DNA of 64,000 bases from Takakia lepidozioides (lineage: Eukaryota; Plantae; Bryophyta), in contig CM060731.1 in NCBI GenBank assembly GCA_030704615.1, positions 66,402,001-66,466,000 of the forward strand, in the 5' to 3' direction. Position 1 is the first letter of the stretch. The number at the start of each line of letters is the position of its first letter. The notes beneath the pieces were generated by a model. The model was not told the DNA's origin, did no database searches, and saw only the letters and a list, made by a program, of their open reading frames with translations. Shown here piece by piece: positions 63,594 to 64,000 of this stretch. A program made the translations under genes and the position numbers.

Positions 63594-64000
63594 GTTCGTA
63601 AACTTATGCTTCAATAAAATCTTACTGAAAATTTCAAATTCCCACGTTTTAGTTTAACAGTTTCTCATCATTTTCTATTATTATTATTTCACTTACGAAC
63701 GCGATCACTTATGAAAGTCTCATGTAAGTTATGGGTTCAAGATATATATTTACAGTACTAATTCTATACTCTATATACTTATGACGATTATAATATATCT
63801 AATATCATAATTATATTAGTTTAACTATAAGGACACCATGTTACTCCAGTACATTATCAAACTCGAATATACACAAATATATGAATCTGATTTGGTGCAG
63901 CCACCGTGATGCTTGCCTTGCAAAATTTGTCGCCCTTAAATATGGGCACAACCAAACAATAGATTCAACACTGTTAAGCAATCAAGATGACTGGCCAATA

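Overview
Eukaryotic, intron-rich DNA, most likely from a non-seed land plant (moss-like TE and gene content; this is inference). Four host genes are present: a PTAR1-like prenyltransferase-alpha-repeat gene (-), a minimal START-domain gene (+), a 13-exon HAS1/DDX18-type DEAD-box helicase (-) and a nucellin/A1-type aspartic protease (+, runs off the window end). They sit in a dense, nested TE landscape (hAT, Tourist-like and TTAA/piggyBac-like MITEs, a tRNA-SINE, a CRE-like LINE, copia and gypsy remnants). The highlight is a 12,840-bp DNA transposon with both ends intact (36739-49578; 30-bp TIRs GGG...CCC; 4-bp TSD CCTA). It splits a hAT transposase at D-H-L-G|F-D-F-N-G. It encodes a Sola(2)-type DDD transposase and a convergent coiled-coil/RING accessory gene, and it carries three consecutive exons, with introns, of a SOS1/NHX7 Na+/H+ antiporter, i.e. 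a cargo-carrying 'Pack-Sola' element. Other notable points: tandem duplications of two helicase exons (one carrying the DEAD motif, with a GC donor) and two LINE 3' ends inserted successively at one 11-bp target. All protein family assignments come from motif recognition by eye; no searches were run.
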